The notes under the pieces: generated by a model
Seen by the model: only the letters and a program-made list of their open reading frames with translations
The model's database searches: none
Told to the model about the DNA's origin: nothing
Shown here: positions 7,976 to 10,178 of the stretch, in pieces
Numbering within the stretch: the stretch's first letter is position 1
Layout of the letters: every line of letters starts with the position of its first letter
Position numbers and translations under genes: made by a program
From: an uncultured delta proteobacterium
GTDB taxonomy: Bacteria > Desulfobacterota > Binatia > UBA9968
Direction: 5' to 3'
Assembly: GCA_963840855.1 (NCBI GenBank)
Contig: CAWJBB010000089.1
Location: 1 to 10,178, forward strand
Length of the DNA: 10,178 nucleotides

Positions 7976-9538
7976 TCTTTCGTCGCTGCAGGACGGGCGG
8001 AGGTTCCAGTTGCTCTGTGGAATTTTCCGCAGTTGCTGGCGCATCGCCTTGAATGCACCGTGACTGAGCGAGCCCAGCGCAGGACATTGCGGCAGATCGT
8101 TGCATGGCACATCGTCCATAATCTTAACCGGAAGATTGGGCTCCGGCCGCGTGGATCCGCCGACATAAACATCCACCGCCTCCTCAACTTGGCCATCGAT
8201 CTTGATGTTCTTGCCGACAGGCCGATGTCCGCCGCCGCTTGGTTCGCGCAGCTGCCGGGCAACCTGACCAATGGATGGCAACCGGCTTGGTCTTGCCGAG
8301 TAGTTGCTTCCAGAGCGCGGGCGGTTTTGAGCGCCTGCATCCTTTGGTCTCGATCAACGCGAAGTGGCAGTAGTCCATGCCCGTGCAACTCACCAGGCCG
8401 CGCATGACCTCTGAAGGATCGTAGCGGAGTTCCTGGAGCAACGGCTCATCTGGTGAGATCGCCGATCTTGCTGTCGGGCACGTCGGGAATGATGAGATTT
8501 TGCCCGACGGTTAGACGGATATTGCCACTGCCATAATTCTCGGCCAGAACGCGCGATTTGCAAACATCTGTCCGGCCGGTGATGCGCCCCACAGGCACAG
8601 CGAGGCCGACATAGTTGAGTCCGGCCTGTATCTGGCGCAACACGCCGAGATGGTCGGTGTGCTCGCTCGTGCCGCTCATCTTTGCCGGCGGTGCGCAAGG
8701 GAATGATCAGCGCGAAGCTCCAGCTCTCTGCGAAATTTCTCTACTCCCCAGTCGTCGATAAGAAAGGCAAGTCGCGCCTTCGTGCGCGGCTCCCGAGAGC
8801 CATGATCGCGAAAAATAAAAACGATGTGACTGCAGATCGCCGCCGCCTCTTCCGCCTGACAAAGAGATCCAGCGGCGAGGCCATCCGATATCCGCCGGAG
8901 CCCATCTTGCCGCCAACGGCGACGTTGAATCCTTTCACGCTCGCGCCTTCGATCTCCTTTGTCGCGGGCGTTAACGCGATGTCCTGCGACTCAGCGTGCG
9001 AGCAATTCTCCTTGCAGGCGGTTATGGTTACGTTGAACTTGCGCGGGAGATTCGTGTACTCCCTGTTGCCAACAAACATGTCGGTAAACTGCCGCGCCAC
9101 CGGCGAGGCGTCGAATAGCTCACCAGGCGTAAGTCCCGCCACAGGGCAACCGACTACGTTGCGGATATTGTCCATGCCGGTCTGGAGCGAGACCAAATCT
9201 ACGGCTTCCAGCCGCCGCCAGATCTCGGGCACATGCTCGATTTTGAACCAGCGCAATTGTATTTGCTGGCGGGTGGTGATATCAGCGAAGCCTTTGCCGA
9301 ACTCTTCACTGATTTGCGCGATGGTGCGAAACTGCTCGGCGCTGCTCATGCCGTTGGGCATGCGCACGCGCATCATGAAATTTCCAGGCGTCTGGCGGCG
9401 AAAAAAGACCCCGGCCCATTTGAGCCGCTCTTTGTCGCCCTCGGTGATGGCTTCCCAACCTTCCTTGGCATAGCGCGGAACATCAGAAAGAATATCGAGC
9501 CCGTCTTTTTCCTTCTTATATTCTTCGATCTTGTTCAT
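7672..9538 (-). CDS. nirA: Ferredoxin-nitrite reductase (siroheme/[4Fe-4S]), probably fused to a C-terminal Rieske domain, ~620 aa, heavily frameshifted
   Basis: N-terminus MNKIEEYKKEKDGL...LKWAG...FMMRVRMPNG, then TTRQQIQLR, DNIRN, NLPRKFN and (shifted frame) IFRDHGSREPRTKARLAFLIDDWGVEKFR. Also VPVGR, IRLTVGQN, and cluster ligands CTGMDYC and HWSGCPAxCAN. About 16 indels between 7690 and 8860 must be corrected. Confidence 0.85.
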
Positions 9539-9557
9539 CGCTCGCGAACCGTCATGA

Positions 9558-9572
9558 GCAACCCTTATGCCA
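9558..9572 (-). promoter_or_regulatory. sigma54 (-24/-12) promoter of the nirA-nrtABCD-narB operon
   Basis: Minus strand reads TGGCAT-AAGGG-TTGC with correct GG-N10-GC spacing, intergenic and immediately upstream of nirA. Predicted +1 is near 9546. Confidence 0.8.
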
Positions 9573-9632
9573 CGCGGCCATGGCGAAAAATTTGCTCTTT
9601 TTGCGTGCCTTCACCCAGATGGCAAGTTCCGA

Positions 9633-9671
9633 TGCCCACACTTGATGCGCATGCCGCCTACAAGCTGGGCA
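9633..9671. promoter_or_regulatory. Tandem NtrC-like enhancer sites upstream of the nirA promoter
   Basis: 9633-9649 TGCCCACACTTGATGCG and 9655-9671 (minus strand TGCCCAGCTTGTAGGCG), both TGC-N11-GCG. Centres are 22 bp apart, at about -87 to -125. They share the TGCCCA half-site seen upstream of the porin. Confidence 0.6.
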
Positions 9672-9681
9672 AGTGTTGAAG

Positions 9682-10178
9682 CTATCCATTGGGCGCCATC
9701 TTGAGCTCAAACCGACGCGCCCTGGGCTCGTTTCCACCACCCGCCACCGGGGGACCTACCAACACCGGACAGGAGAGTCGCCTGGCAATCCTGAGAATTT
9801 TGAGCGCCGCCAGATCCGGAAACACAAATCGCTTGCGCAGCTTCAGAACCAGCAGATCGATATGTTCTTCGCGAATGACCGCGGATATCTCCCTGACCCG
9901 ACTACCGATACGAATGAGTTTGGTAATCCTGTCGTGGCTCGCGGTACCTACCGTCCTGTCGACGAAATTCCACAAATCAAGGCTTCTTTCCCGCCGCAGA
10001 ACGTCCATGGGGAAATTTCGCGAGTCGTTTAACTGCAATGGGAAACCCTCCACCGGGGCTATACAAGACAATAGAAAATCGCTTTCCGCGCACACGTCGA
10101 TGACGTGCAAAGCGATAAGCTTCGCCTTCGTTTCGCGGACGAGAGACGCCGCGTCACGCAGGGCAGCGGCCGATTCAT
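9682..10178 (-). CDS. Universal stress protein (USP family), 5' end outside the window
   Basis: The frame is open to the window edge: ESAAALRDAASLVRETKAKLIALHVID...IRIGSRVREISAVIREEHIDLLVL...ARRLSCPVLV. This is the USP pattern (S..AL..A..L....A.L..LHV; G...I...E..DLLV; CPVLV). TAG at 9682-9684. Confidence 0.85.
   Translation of the reverse strand, partial: ESAAALRDAASLVRETKAKLIALHVIDVCAESDFLLSCIAPVEGFPLQLNDSRNFPMDVLRRERSLDLWNFVDRTVGTASHDRITKLIRIGSRVREISAVIREEHIDLLVLKLRKRFVFPDLAALKILRIARRLSCPVLVGPPVAGGGNEPRARRFELKMAPNG

Noticed and set aside
1010-8860. Programmed ribosomal frameshifting or phase variation as the cause of the breaks
   Set aside because: There are too many sites, in both directions, mostly without slippery heptamers or long homopolymers.
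7598-8916. Several short minus-strand ORFs (7598..8281, 7903..8388, 8184..8441, 8390..8698, 8446..8679, 8707..8916) as separate genes
   Set aside because: Each is an in-frame fragment or off-frame shadow of the single frameshifted nirA.
1460-10032. Long plus-strand ORFs (e.g. 1480..2079, 2000..2704, 3814..4458, 8682..9473, 9673..10032)
   Set aside because: They are antisense shadows of well-supported minus-strand genes in GC-rich DNA, with no recognisable motifs.
1-10178. CRISPR arrays, tRNA/rRNA genes, IS elements or tandem repeats
   Set aside because: I saw none; the window is almost fully covered by protein-coding genes and two short regulatory gaps.

Overview
All genes are on the minus strand. 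In transcription order (right to left): a universal stress protein cut by the window edge, then a sigma54 promoter with tandem NtrC-like sites driving a nitrate-assimilation operon with the cyanobacterial gene order nirA-nrtA-nrtB-nrtC-nrtD-narB. A second sigma54 promoter, with its own NtrC-like pair, drives a lower-GC outer-membrane beta-barrel porin. NirA appears to carry a C-terminal Rieske [2Fe-2S] domain, NrtA has a hidden Tat signal, and the two ABC ATPases place their non-consensus residues in one composite ATP site. About 20 single-base indels, clustered at 7570-8860, break the ORF track. Catalytic motifs are intact and I found no in-frame nonsense substitutions, so these look like long-read errors rather than pseudogenes. 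Gene boundaries were reconstructed by hand, without database searches.
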